The notes under the pieces were generated by a model. The model had not been told where the DNA came from, made no database searches, and was given only the letters and a program-made list of their open reading frames with translations. 64,000 nt of DNA, from positions 14,651-78,650 of the forward strand of contig CAIYVA010000110.1 in the NCBI GenBank assembly GCA_903929455.1, in the 5' to 3' direction. The position numbers and the translations under genes are program-made. This stretch comes from an uncultured Pseudomonadota bacterium. Its GTDB lineage: Bacteria; Pseudomonadota; Gammaproteobacteria; Steroidobacterales; Steroidobacteraceae. Numbering within the stretch: position 1 is the first letter of the stretch; each line of letters starts with the position of its first letter. Positions 1 to 9,715 of this stretch are shown here, one piece after another.

Positions 1-221
1 GTTACTGACTTCTCAGGGGAGGCTCCTCAGTCTAGTGATCGTGGGCACAGCCCGGATGGCCAGACCCAGCAGGAACCCGCAGAGCGTCTCTTTAGACCAG
101 CCGCTCAGCCCGGATCGATGCTCAAATGGACAACGCATAAGACGGAAGGTGGTCACGTCCACGCGTAAGCGGTCGCTGAACCCCTTATTATTTTAAGATC
201 AGAACATTCAGGAGTACTCGC

Positions 222-1187
222 ATGGACATCAAGGCGCTGGCGTATGTGGGATTTGGATCCACCAACCCGCTGGAGTGGCTCCAGTTTGGTACCGACGTCT
301 TAGGCATGATGCCGGCGCGAGCCGTTCCTGGTGCAGGCTGGGGACCGCCCACGGTGCCACGACCCGCCAGTGAGCAAACCGGTATCGGTGCAGATGGATC
401 GGTGTATCTCAAGATGGACGAGCGCCAGTGGCGCATCGCTGCGCACCCACACACAAAAAACGGCGCTCTGTTGTACATGGGCATGGAATTCGATGGGCCT
501 GAGCCTTTCGCTGTCGCCTTAAAAGAACTCAAAGATGCCCGCATTGAGGTGACCGTCGGCACAGACCAAGAAGCGGCTGCACGGGCAGTCACCGCACTGG
601 CCCGTATACGCGATCCGAACGGCGTATCAATCGAGTTATTTTATGGCCACACCTGTGACTATATGTTTCACTCGCCCCACTACGATCATCACTTCGTCGC
701 TGGCCATCTAGGTGTCGGTCACATGAATCTGTTTTTACAAAAACAGCCTGAGTGCTTTGATTTCTACACCAAGGTGCTGGGCTTTCGCCTCTCGGATTAC
801 ATTAGCTTTGGTCCCGGCGTGCGCCTACAGTTCCTGCGCTGCAATCCAAGACATCACAGCTTAGCGATCGTCGACCTAGGCGGCGTCACCGGTGTTCAGC
901 ACTTTTTAGTAGAGATGGCTGACATTGATATGGTCGGTCGAACCCTCGATCGAGCCAAGAAAGCCGGCTATAAGGTGGTCGCTACTTTGGGTCGTCACCG
1001 CAACGACGGCATGCTGTCTTTCTATATGCGCGGCCCGGGTGGCTTTGACGTAGAAGCCGGCTGCCAGGGCAAGCTATTGGACGAGACTTGGAGAGCCAAC
1101 GAGTTCTGTGAGGGTGATCCATGGGGTCATGACGGCATCATTGATGCGATGGGCGAATCCTTAAAGGACATGGCGCAACAAAAATAA
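222..1187 (+). CDS. type I extradiol ring-cleavage dioxygenase (VOC superfamily, BphC/HsaC-like)
   Basis: 321-aa ORF starting at ATG 222. C-terminal motifs CNPRHHSLA and LGRHRNDGMLSFYMRGPGGFDVE...WGHD are characteristic of 2,3-dihydroxybiphenyl / 3,4-DHSA dioxygenases. Has a Pro/Gly-rich insertion of roughly 20-25 aa after residue 30. Confidence 0.85.
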   Translation: MDIKALAYVGFGSTNPLEWLQFGTDVLGMMPARAVPGAGWGPPTVPRPASEQTGIGADGSVYLKMDERQWRIAAHPHTKNGALLYMGMEFDGPEPFAVALKELKDARIEVTVGTDQEAAARAVTALARIRDPNGVSIELFYGHTCDYMFHSPHYDHHFVAGHLGVGHMNLFLQKQPECFDFYTKVLGFRLSDYISFGPGVRLQFLRCNPRHHSLAIVDLGGVTGVQHFLVEMADIDMVGRTLDRAKKAGYKVVATLGRHRNDGMLSFYMRGPGGFDVEAGCQGKLLDETWRANEFCEGDPWGHDGIIDAMGESLKDMAQQK

Positions 1188-1195
1188 CCGATGGT

Positions 1196-1227
1196 CAGCG
1201 CGCTTGCCTACGTCAGGTGGCGCGCTG
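1196..1227. terminator. hairpin between convergent genes (possible bidirectional terminator)
   Basis: CAGCGCGC (1196-1203) pairs perfectly with GCGCGCTG (1220-1227). It lies in the 48-nt gap between the dioxygenase stop and the ligase stop. There is no clear U tract. Confidence 0.4.
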
Positions 1228-1235
1228 CAGTTAGG

Positions 1236-2867
1236 TCAATTGGTAGCGCCCGTGAGCTGCAACGCACTGGCCATTTGCTCGCGTAGTTTAAATTTCATGA
1301 CCTTTCCGGATGGCGTCAACGGCAAGCGATCAACGAACACCACGTAACGGGGCACTTTCCAGCGCGACACGCGCTCCAAACACCAGCTGCGGATATCCTC
1401 AGGTGTGGGCACTGACCCCGGCACCAAGACAACCACTGCGCACACTTCCTCACCGTACTTGACGTCCGGCACGCCCACCACAGCGACCGTACTGACATCG
1501 GGATGTTGCAGCAGCAGACCTTCAATCTCGATCGGCGATAGATTTTCGCCACCGCGTATAATCATGTCTTTCGAGCGGCCCACAATCGTCACAAAACCCT
1601 GTGGATCCATCGTGGCCAAATCACCCGAATGGAGCCAGCCTTCCGCATCAATGGTCTGAGCAGTTTGCTCTGGGTCGCGATAGCCCATCATACGACCAGG
1701 ACCCTGATAGCACAGCTCCCCGCGCACCCCATGCGGCACGATGCCGCCCGCTTGATCAACCAGCTTAATGCTCACACCTGGGGCTGCCACCCCACAGGTC
1801 GTTGCTTTTTTCTCAACAGGATCATCCGCTGAGGTACTTGAGGTAACACCACAGGTCTCGGTTTGGCCATACCCATTAATCAGCTGTGCGCCAAAGCGCC
1901 GCTCCCATATGGGGATCAACTCGACCGGCACTTGGGCGCCACCAATGATCAGCAGCTGCAACGCGGACAGATCTCGCTGTGCAAAACTCGGATCATCCAG
2001 CATGGCGATCACCATAGTCGGTACACCGGCAAATACCCGACAGCGCTCTTGCTCCAGTAGCTCCAACGTCCGATCCGCTTTAAAAATTCGTACTGGCAGC
2101 GTGGTCGCACCGATCAAGGCAGCACCTGGCGTGAAGACACCCGAACCACCCACGTGAAACAGCGGAAATGCACTGCACACACGATCTCCCGACTCAATGC
2201 CATAGCGTCGATGGGCATTGAGCGCCGATGTGACGATGGCATTGGAGGACAGCTGGGCGGCTTTCGGATTGCCCGTCGTCCCTGAGGTGTACTGAATCAT
2301 GAATAAACGATCGGGATCGACTACCGGAAAATCACGCGTATCTGATGCCCCCGCCATCAGTGCACGGACTCCGTTAGAGAAGGAATAAATACCCAATAAA
2401 TTCGGCAATTGCGGCGCCACAGCCTCAATCACGGACCGCAGTTGCACACCACTGACCTCATCCGCATGAAAAATGCAGCGCACCTGCACGACGTCTAAGG
2501 CATATAACAGCTCAGCCTGCTTATAGAGCGGATTTAAAGTCACAATGACCAAGCCCGCCCGCGAGATCGCGTACTCAATGAGTATCCACTCCGGATAACT
2601 GGGGCCCCAAACCGCCACTCGATCACCCACTTGATACCCTAAGGACAGCAAGCCAGCAGCTAGCTTCGAGACCTGCTGATCAAGCTGCTGGTAGGTCAGT
2701 CGTACCGCGTCCAGCCCGGGCTCTGGCGCTGAGACCACCGCCTCCCGATCAGGCCACTGTTTCGCCGCACGCCGCAAGGCATCCGACAGCGTGAGACCAA
2801 GGCTCTGAGCCTCGGCTGACTCAGCCATCCACACCGACCGATCAGGATCAGGACGCAGCACACTCAT
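1236..2867 (-). CDS. AMP-dependent acyl-CoA synthetase/ligase (FadD-like)
   Basis: Motifs YTSGTTGNPKA, GYGQTE, SGDLA and PLTPSGKVMKFKL. The ORF extends to 3086, but homology-like sequence begins at Met74 (MSVLRPDP...), whose ATG is at 2867. Confidence 0.85.
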   Translation of the reverse strand: MSVLRPDPDRSVWMAESAEAQSLGLTLSDALRRAAKQWPDREAVVSAPEPGLDAVRLTYQQLDQQVSKLAAGLLSLGYQVGDRVAVWGPSYPEWILIEYAISRAGLVIVTLNPLYKQAELLYALDVVQVRCIFHADEVSGVQLRSVIEAVAPQLPNLLGIYSFSNGVRALMAGASDTRDFPVVDPDRLFMIQYTSGTTGNPKAAQLSSNAIVTSALNAHRRYGIESGDRVCSAFPLFHVGGSGVFTPGAALIGATTLPVRIFKADRTLELLEQERCRVFAGVPTMVIAMLDDPSFAQRDLSALQLLIIGGAQVPVELIPIWERRFGAQLINGYGQTETCGVTSSTSADDPVEKKATTCGVAAPGVSIKLVDQAGGIVPHGVRGELCYQGPGRMMGYRDPEQTAQTIDAEGWLHSGDLATMDPQGFVTIVGRSKDMIIRGGENLSPIEIEGLLLQHPDVSTVAVVGVPDVKYGEEVCAVVVLVPGSVPTPEDIRSWCLERVSRWKVPRYVVFVDRLPLTPSGKVMKFKLREQMASALQLTGATN

Positions 2868-3045
2868 GGGTTCACACCGCTTAAGCACATAGGCCACACT
2901 GTATCGTCGAGCGCACGCCGCGTCACCCCTAAGCGAGCGCTCAATGTGACATCCGACGTCTAAAGAACAAGACGGGCACAATTCCGTTATAGTGACTGCC
3001 TTGGGAAAATTAAGCCATCGATCCATCGCGCGGAGTGCACCTCTC

Positions 3046-3513
3046 ATGACGACCCCCAATAAACCATCTGGTGTGCAGGCATTCATTGCCGATCACTTGG
3101 CGCGTTATCTGGCCACCGACGGTGAGGACGGATATTGGCTCGACGCCAGTCTCTTCGGTGGCACCGGCAAGTTACCGAGCCTGCTACTAACCACCACCGG
3201 TCGAACATCTGGAAAACTCATCACCACACCGATGATCTTCAGAGCCTTTGGCGCAGACACCCACCCCGCTTATATGGTGGTGGCCTCCAAAGGCGGCGCT
3301 CCGGATGCGCCCAACTGGTATCTAAACCTGCAGGCCAATCCACAGGTGACCGTGCAAATCAAAGCCGACAAGTTCAAAGCCACGGCGCGCACTGCCAACA
3401 CAGAAGAACGGGCAGAGCACTGGCCTAAACAGGTTGAGTTCTTCCCAGGCTTTGCGCGCTATCAAAGCAAAATCGAGCGGGAGATTCCGCTCGTGATTTT
3501 AGAAAGGGTATAG
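3046..3513 (+). CDS. DUF385 / deazaflavin (F420H2)-dependent nitroreductase-family protein (Ddn-like split beta-barrel)
   Basis: C-terminal signature APNWYLNLQANPQVTVQI...ERAEHWPKQVEFFPGFARYQSK...REIPLVILE is typical of this family. The likely start is ATG 3046 (Met19 of the ORF). Confidence 0.7.
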   Translation: MTTPNKPSGVQAFIADHLARYLATDGEDGYWLDASLFGGTGKLPSLLLTTTGRTSGKLITTPMIFRAFGADTHPAYMVVASKGGAPDAPNWYLNLQANPQVTVQIKADKFKATARTANTEERAEHWPKQVEFFPGFARYQSKIEREIPLVILERV

Positions 3514-3562
3514 CAGAGAAACAGCACCGAACGCCTGCAACGGTTGGCTCTGGCGCGACCGC

Positions 3563-4351
3563 TTACGCGGTGAGGTATTTGACGATGGTGCTCGAAAGAC
3601 TGCCAATCATCTGCTCATCGGTGAGCTTTGGTGATGGATCTTCGAGATGCGCATCAATCACGCCGACACATAGGTAAGTCGACACATGAGTCGCTGTTTC
3701 AATATCAGCCACCTTAATTTCATCGCGGTGGTTGGAGAAAAACAAATACGTCGTTGAATACAGAAACATCTCAGGCTTCAACTGCTCCGAATCCTGACAT
3801 ACCTGCGTCGCCTCGCGAGGCAGTCTCCGAACGAGGAATACACTCTTTCTCCTCAGTTCCAATACCAAACGAATCAGCTCAACCATACATTCGGCCAGCG
3901 GCCTGTGCATTGCTGTCAGCATGAACTTTCGAACCGGTTCGCTGTTATTGACGACCAAGGTTTCCACGAGTGCTGCGACAATGGCTTCCTTTCGGGGGAA
4001 ATACTGATACACCGTGCCGATGCTCACACCTGCTACCTGTGCGATGTAATTAGTGGTCGCGTACTCATAGCCTCTAGTCAATATGATTGACTCAGCAGCC
4101 TGCAAAATACATTCGACCGTAAATCGAGCGCGCGGTTGCTTTGGAATCTTAGGCGACGAAGCAGACGCTTCTATTCCCTGATTTGATTTCCCTGCTTTTG
4201 CTTTGACACGGGATTTGGTGATTGCGACACCAGCATCATTCGGTGCTGCCATCGTATCGTATGAGTGAGCCAAATCGCCCGCACTCAGTGGGCCCGCGTT
4301 GGCAATACGCGGTGCTTTGACTTTACGCAATGAAGACACGCCAGCAGCCAT
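3563..4351 (-). CDS. TetR-family transcriptional regulator with a ~75-aa basic N-terminal extension
   Basis: HTH region YATTNYIAQVAGVSIGTVYQYFPRKEAIV. Paralogue of the adjacent TetR. The start is uncertain (Met1 at 4351 or Met34 at 4252). Confidence 0.85.
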   Translation of the reverse strand: MAAGVSSLRKVKAPRIANAGPLSAGDLAHSYDTMAAPNDAGVAITKSRVKAKAGKSNQGIEASASSPKIPKQPRARFTVECILQAAESIILTRGYEYATTNYIAQVAGVSIGTVYQYFPRKEAIVAALVETLVVNNSEPVRKFMLTAMHRPLAECMVELIRLVLELRRKSVFLVRRLPREATQVCQDSEQLKPEMFLYSTTYLFFSNHRDEIKVADIETATHVSTYLCVGVIDAHLEDPSPKLTDEQMIGSLSSTIVKYLTA

Positions 4352-4384
4352 AAAATTTCCTAATCAACCAGGCATCATAACGAT

Positions 4385-5005
4385 CTATTTGGTGAGGTAT
4401 TTGATAATCGCACTCGATAGATGTTCAATCATCTGCTCATCGGTGAGCTTAGGCGATGGATCTTCAAGATGTGCATTAATAACGCCCACGCATAAATATT
4501 CCGACACATACATTGCCATTTCGATATCGTCGATTTTGATTTCGTCGCGATGATGAGTAAAAAAAGCATGAATAGTGGAGTACAAAAAGGTTTCGGGCGT
4601 CAACTGCTCTGAGTCTTCACCTATCTTGGTGGCATCACGAGGCAGTCGCCGGAATAAAAAAGCGCTTTTTTTCCGATTATTTAGCACCAAACGAATCAGT
4701 TCCGGCATGCACTCAGCGAATGGCCTATGCATCGACGCCAGCAGATACTTGCGGACAGGCTCCGTGCTATTGACCACCAGATTTTCAAGCAAGGCAGCCA
4801 CAATCGCTTCTTTACGAGGGAAGTACTGATACACCGTGCCAATGCTCACGCCCGCTACCTGCGCGATGTAATTGGTGGTGGCGTATTCGTAGCCTTTCTT
4901 TGAAATGATTAATTCAGCAGCCTGCAGGATGCAGTCAACAGTCACACGCGCACGAGGCTGCGTGGGCGCCTTACGCTTCGAGGTGGTCTGTTCCAATGCC
5001 TTCAT
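4385..5005 (-). CDS. TetR-family transcriptional regulator
   Basis: 206 aa with an HTH identical to the neighbour's (YATTNYIAQVAGVSIGTVYQYFPRKEAIV). It lies 33 nt upstream of the paralogue on the same strand. Confidence 0.9.
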   Translation of the reverse strand: MKALEQTTSKRKAPTQPRARVTVDCILQAAELIISKKGYEYATTNYIAQVAGVSIGTVYQYFPRKEAIVAALLENLVVNSTEPVRKYLLASMHRPFAECMPELIRLVLNNRKKSAFLFRRLPRDATKIGEDSEQLTPETFLYSTIHAFFTHHRDEIKIDDIEMAMYVSEYLCVGVINAHLEDPSPKLTDEQMIEHLSSAIIKYLTK

Positions 5006-5354
5006 ATATATCCTGGCTCCGCCCTACCGATCGGGCCGACGGCCTATCGTCTTCAAGCACCATCGCCATTCGGCCATCGGGCAGGTTGTGAAAGCGCTGT
5101 TTCAAAAGGACCACGCCAGACAATACCCTAGCCCGCATGGACAACTTGAGCATGACAGATCAGCTACCATTTGTTAATAAGCCCGCGCTCCCCCACGACG
5201 TATTAAAACAACACGCGCACCTAGGGCACCGGCCTTACAAGGGCGTTTGGCGGTCTGGTAACACCGAGAAATCGCAAGTGAGACCGGACCTTAGACCGCT
5301 TAGGGCGCTGACGGCTCTGCTGGTGTTTTGAGCCGAGGGGTTGGATCTGACTCC

Positions 5355-6125
5355 TCAGTCACGAGCGGCGCGCGCTCGTTTGATCAAGGCGCGTGTCTCA
5401 TCAGTCACCCAGCCGGTGACACTCGCGTGCTCCGGCGATTCCATCGGCGCATCAAAAATATCAGCCAAATCCGCGCGCACGAGGGCGCGTGTCTTTTGAT
5501 AGGCCTGAACGGGTAAGGCCGCAAGCTCATGCGCCAGTTCGAGTGCACGCGCAATGACCTGATCCGGCTCTGACAGCTCATCGACCAGCCCACACGCGAA
5601 GGCCTGATCGGAGGCCAACATGAGGCCCCGTGTCAGCATCGAGGCGGATTGGGTGATGCCCACTAAGCGTATCAGGCAGCGATAGAGGCGCTGGCCTGGA
5701 TAGAGACCGACCTTCACTTCGCTGAAGCCCATCCGGAACTCGCCACGCGCCATGATGCGATGATCACACAAGATCGCGAGTACAGCCGCACCAGCCGGGC
5801 ACTGACCGGTGATCGCTGCCACCACGGGGAATGGGGAACGCACCAATCGCACCTGCAATGCACGAAAAGCCAATACCAAGGCGCGTACCGACTCATCGCT
5901 CTCAACGACCTCACGGACATCAAGCCCTGCCGAGAACACACCCGGCAGACCCGACAACACGACTGCCCGTAGTCGCATAGGATCCATCGCCAAATCTTCA
6001 GCCGTCCGCAGTGCCTCGTCGAGAGCCTCCACCAAGCGGCGGTTGAGCGCATTGACAGGAGGCTGCGCCAATCGCACCTCCCGCACCAAACCATGATCAA
6101 TGATCTCCAGCATGAGTCTTGACAC
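5355..6125 (-). CDS. enoyl-CoA hydratase/isomerase (crotonase family)
   Basis: 256 aa with crotonase-type oxyanion-hole segments VVLSGLPGVFSAGLDV and VVAAITGQCPAGAAVLA. Confidence 0.85.
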   Translation of the reverse strand: MSRLMLEIIDHGLVREVRLAQPPVNALNRRLVEALDEALRTAEDLAMDPMRLRAVVLSGLPGVFSAGLDVREVVESDESVRALVLAFRALQVRLVRSPFPVVAAITGQCPAGAAVLAILCDHRIMARGEFRMGFSEVKVGLYPGQRLYRCLIRLVGITQSASMLTRGLMLASDQAFACGLVDELSEPDQVIARALELAHELAALPVQAYQKTRALVRADLADIFDAPMESPEHASVTGWVTDETRALIKRARAARD

Positions 6126-6369
6126 CTCTGTGAGCCCGCCTCGCTATAGTGATGACTCTGGCGCGGCACAGCAAGCGCACAGGGCACGCGCACCCGGCCC
6201 CTCTGACACCCAACCATCTGATCGACCTTCCGCGCGCATGTCGCCTTAAAACCGTAGCAAACACAAGGCATTGACGGATCCACAGGCCAAGGAAGCGAGT
6301 TAATTTCGAGCGCTGATCGGTGCTACAGTCAGCCCATCGGCCTAATGCCAATTGACTGAGGAAAAACGG

Positions 6370-7272
6370 ATGCTGACCGGGAAAGTGGTGGTGGTGACAG
6401 GTGCTGGCAACGGCGTCGGTGCGGAAATTGCAAAGCTCGCTGCCCGATATGGCGCGCAAGTGGTCGTGAATGACGCCGGGGTATCCACATCCGGCGAAGG
6501 ACGCGACCCGACGGTTGCTAAGAGCATGGTCGCTGAGATCGTCGCCAAAGGCGGCAAGGCCATTGCCAGTGTCCGCGATGTGGCGGACTGGGACGATGCG
6601 CAGGGCATCATTCAAGATGCCATCGATGCCTTTGGTCGCGTGGATGCCGTCATCAATAATGCAGGTGTCGTACGCGATGCCATGTTCCACAAGATGACGA
6701 AAGAGGAATTTGACTTCGTCGACAGCGTTAACCTGCGTGGCGTTTTTTACGTATCACGTGCCGCCGCACCGTATTTCAAAGAGCAAAAAAGTGGTTGTTA
6801 CGTCCACATGACCTCAACCAGTGGTCTGATTGGCAATATCGGTCAAGTGAACTACGGCGCCACCAAAATGGGTGTGGTGGGTTTATCTAAGTGCATCGCG
6901 ATGGACATGAACCGCTACGGGGTCACCACCAACGTAATAGCCCCGTTTGCCTGGACACGCATGGTAGCGACTGTCCCCGAGACACCTGAAAACCAGCGGC
7001 GCTTAGAAATGGCGCGACGACTGAAGCCTGAGAAAATCGCCCCCATGGTCGTGGCATTGGCAAGTGACGCAGGTCGCAACACCACCGGACAAATCTTCGG
7101 CGTCCGTAACAACGAAATTTTTCTATTCAGTCAACCAAGACCCATTCGCAGCGCCCACACCGCGGAGGGTTGGACGCCAGAAACGGTCGTTGAGCGTGTC
7201 CTCGCGTCCTTCCAACCGAGTTATACGTCGCTTGAACGCTCCAGTGACATCTTCAGCTGGGATCCAGTGTAA
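6370..7272 (+). CDS. short-chain dehydrogenase, MFE-2 N-terminal-type 3-hydroxyacyl-CoA dehydrogenase (Hsd4A-like)
   Basis: TGAGNGVG Rossmann motif, NNAG, and catalytic YGATK. ATG 6370 is preceded by GAGGAA 7 nt upstream; the ORF track starts at TTG 6352. Confidence 0.85.
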   Translation: MLTGKVVVVTGAGNGVGAEIAKLAARYGAQVVVNDAGVSTSGEGRDPTVAKSMVAEIVAKGGKAIASVRDVADWDDAQGIIQDAIDAFGRVDAVINNAGVVRDAMFHKMTKEEFDFVDSVNLRGVFYVSRAAAPYFKEQKSGCYVHMTSTSGLIGNIGQVNYGATKMGVVGLSKCIAMDMNRYGVTTNVIAPFAWTRMVATVPETPENQRRLEMARRLKPEKIAPMVVALASDAGRNTTGQIFGVRNNEIFLFSQPRPIRSAHTAEGWTPETVVERVLASFQPSYTSLERSSDIFSWDPV

Positions 7273-7302
7273 GCCTTTTAGGCTCACCATCCGCCAGTCG
7301 AT

Positions 7303-8166
7303 ATGAACCTGCAAGCGCTACAAAATCATCAGTTCCCAAGCCAGCGCTTCACCTATAGCGCAAAGGACACGGCCCTGTATGCGCTCAGTGTTGGCGTGGG
7401 CAGCGACCCACTCGATACCCACCAGCTACGTCTCGTCTATGAAAAGACGCTGCAGGCATTGCCCACCCTCGCGTCAGTGATTGCTATGCCAACACCGTGG
7501 GTTCGAAACCCAGCCTTCGATGTGCATTACGCAAAACTATTACACGGTGAACAGACCTTAACCATCCATACACCGCTGCCGGCGAGCGCTGAGGTGCAAG
7601 CCCACTATCGAGTGATCGCGGTCGATGACAAAGGCGCCGACAAAGGAGCGCTACTGCATTTTGAGCGAGCCATCTCCGATGCCGCCACCGGTGAGGCTTT
7701 ATGTACGGTGACCTCATCACTGTTTCTACGCGCTGATGGGGGATGCGGTGGTTTTGGCACACCGCCAGCCTCAGCACCCGCGGCACCCGCACACGCGTTC
7801 TCAGGCACGCCGGACTTCACCGATGAGCTCACCACTGCTGTGAGCTCTGCCTTGCTGTACCGACTCAATGGCGATCTTAATCCGCTCCATATTGACCCGG
7901 CAGCCGCCACCGCTGGCGGTTTCGATCGGCCCATTCTGCATGGCCTATGCACCTATGGAGTGGCAGGATACTTGTTAGTCCGAACCGCGTGCGATCACGA
8001 CCCAATGCGACTGCGCGCGCTCAACGTGCGTTTTAAGTCGCCGGTCTATCCAGGTGAAACCATTCGCTTAGAGGCTTGGCACGGACCGGATGGTATTTAT
8101 TTTCAAGCGGTCGTCCCAAAACGCAAGCAAGTCGTTCTGAGCAACGGTTTTGCTCGCATCCAATGA
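7303..8166 (+). CDS. MaoC-type (R)-specific enoyl-CoA hydratase, double hot-dog (MFE-2 hydratase-2 / Hsd4B-like)
   Basis: 287 aa with the hydratase-2 motif YRLNGDLNPLHIDPAAA in the C-terminal half. It follows the MFE-2-type SDR. Confidence 0.8.
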   Translation: MNLQALQNHQFPSQRFTYSAKDTALYALSVGVGSDPLDTHQLRLVYEKTLQALPTLASVIAMPTPWVRNPAFDVHYAKLLHGEQTLTIHTPLPASAEVQAHYRVIAVDDKGADKGALLHFERAISDAATGEALCTVTSSLFLRADGGCGGFGTPPASAPAAPAHAFSGTPDFTDELTTAVSSALLYRLNGDLNPLHIDPAAATAGGFDRPILHGLCTYGVAGYLLVRTACDHDPMRLRALNVRFKSPVYPGETIRLEAWHGPDGIYFQAVVPKRKQVVLSNGFARIQ

Positions 8167-8256
8167 CAACCTCTCCTGTACTGGCCGCCCCGTTAACTCA
8201 AATGCCTTATGCGACCAATGTCTTTCCTATCACAGCGCACCTGACGGAGTCACTGA

Positions 8257-9696
8257 ATGTCTGACCGTGGAATCAAATCATATGCCGCGTACATCCCACG
8301 ACAGCGCATGGATCGTGCCGCTATCGCCGCCGCGCACGCCTGGGCCATGCCTGGCTTAAAAGCTGCCGGCAAAGGTGAGCGTGCATTTTGTAGTTGGGAT
8401 GAAGATGCCATCACCATGAGCGTCGATGCGGTACGTGCCTGCTTAAAAAGCCCACTGGCCAACGCAATCGGCTCGCTCAGCTTTGCCTCAACCACCGCAC
8501 CATTCGCCGATCTACAAAACGCGAGCGTCATTGCAGCGGCCTCTGGACTGAGCGCTCACCTCTCATCTTCAGACGTGGGTGGCTCACTACGTGCAGGCAC
8601 GTCCGCGCTGATTCATGCACTGGAGTCGACTAACGCTACGGACTCAATGGTGGTCGCAGCAGATAATCGACGCGCTAAACCGGCGAGTCCGCAGGAGATG
8701 CAATACGGTGCCGGCAGTGCTGCCGTTCGCACGGGCACAGGCGATCTGATTGCACGCTATCTGGGTAGCGCCAGTGCGGTCAGTCAGTTTGCCGATCATT
8801 TTCGCAGCAGCGGGCAATCCTATGACTACCACTGGGAAGAACGCTGGGTTCGTGACGAGGGTTATCTCAAGATTGTCCCGGAAGTCGTTGAAAGACTCTT
8901 TAAGAACACGGGCGTATCGGCGGCACAAATCGATTATTTTTGTCTCGCAGCCACCATCTCAGGCGTCGCACCGGCGGTTGCCAAGAAACTGAAGATCCGC
9001 CCCGACGCCGTAGTGGACAACTTAGCCAGTCGCTGCGGTGACAGCGGCGCTGCGCATCCGTTAATGATGCTCGCGCTCGCGCTTGAGACCGCCAAGCCCG
9101 GACAGCGCATCCTCGTTATCGGCTTTGGAGCAGGCGCTGATGCGCTGCTGTTTGAAGCCACCGAGGCGTTGACGTCCTACCGCTCAGCTGCGACCGTCAG
9201 CGATCAGGTGGCGCGTGGGGTCACGGACAAGAATTACACCAAGTTATTGTCGTTCAGCGGTGAGCTTGAGCTCGATTGGGGTATGCGCGCGGAGTTTGAT
9301 GCAAAAACATCGCTTACCCAGCTGTATCGTTCTAGCGATCAAATCATCTCTTTTATCGGCGGTCGGTGTACGGCGTGCGGCGCGATCCAATTCCCGCGCA
9401 TGTCAGCCTGCGTCCAATGCGGCTCAGATGGCGCCCTCGCGCCGACCCCACTGGCCGATGAAGCGGCGAAAGTCGCCACCTTCACAGCCGACTGGCTACA
9501 GTACTATCCAGCGCCACCACTCTATGTGGGTCTAGTGCAATTCGACAACGGGGCACGCACTTTGATGGAAATGGTAGACATCGTGCCAGACAAGTTTGAT
9601 GTGGGCCTACCGCTTCGTATGGTGTTTAGAATCAAAGAACGCGACGGACTACGTCATCATCATCGCTACTTTTGGAAAGCAACGCCGGTAGGCTGA
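8257..9696 (+). CDS. HMG-CoA-synthase/KAS III-like thiolase-fold domain (apparently lacking the catalytic triad) fused to a DUF35 zinc-ribbon/OB-fold domain
   Basis: N-terminal YIPRQR, WDEDAITMSVDA, GAGSAAV and GFGAG resemble HMGCS. The C-terminus has CTAC-x10-CVQC followed by an OB-like segment (PLYVGLVQFDNG...RMVF). Confidence 0.7.
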   Translation: MSDRGIKSYAAYIPRQRMDRAAIAAAHAWAMPGLKAAGKGERAFCSWDEDAITMSVDAVRACLKSPLANAIGSLSFASTTAPFADLQNASVIAAASGLSAHLSSSDVGGSLRAGTSALIHALESTNATDSMVVAADNRRAKPASPQEMQYGAGSAAVRTGTGDLIARYLGSASAVSQFADHFRSSGQSYDYHWEERWVRDEGYLKIVPEVVERLFKNTGVSAAQIDYFCLAATISGVAPAVAKKLKIRPDAVVDNLASRCGDSGAAHPLMMLALALETAKPGQRILVIGFGAGADALLFEATEALTSYRSAATVSDQVARGVTDKNYTKLLSFSGELELDWGMRAEFDAKTSLTQLYRSSDQIISFIGGRCTACGAIQFPRMSACVQCGSDGALAPTPLADEAAKVATFTADWLQYYPAPPLYVGLVQFDNGARTLMEMVDIVPDKFDVGLPLRMVFRIKERDGLRHHHRYFWKATPVG

Positions 9697-9715
9697 GCCC
9701 GTTTAAGGAATCATT

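Noticed and set aside
1-221. Possible partial gene at the left window edge
   Set aside because: No frame on either strand stays open to position 1 with protein-like composition, so the segment is treated as non-coding upstream region of the dioxygenase.
188-592. 134-aa minus-strand ORF overlapping the start of the dioxygenase gene
   Set aside because: It is fully antisense to a CDS with clear family motifs, and its composition (A/S/P/R-rich) is typical of shadow ORFs in GC-rich DNA.
6119-6150. Sigma70-like promoter TTGACA ... TATAGT in front of the SDR operon
   Set aside because: The spacer between the two hexamers is 20 nt, outside the functional 16-18 nt range, so I do not call it.
5714-6690. 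Minus-strand ORFs of 189 and 197 aa spanning the crotonase gene, the divergent intergenic region and the SDR start
   Set aside because: They overlap genes with clear family motifs in other frames or on the other strand, and have Cys/Arg/Trp-rich unnatural composition.
7500-7510. GGTTCGAAACC string resembling a tRNA T-arm
   Set aside because: It lies inside the MaoC hydratase CDS with no flanking acceptor or anticodon stems. No intergenic region in the window shows tRNA-like structure.
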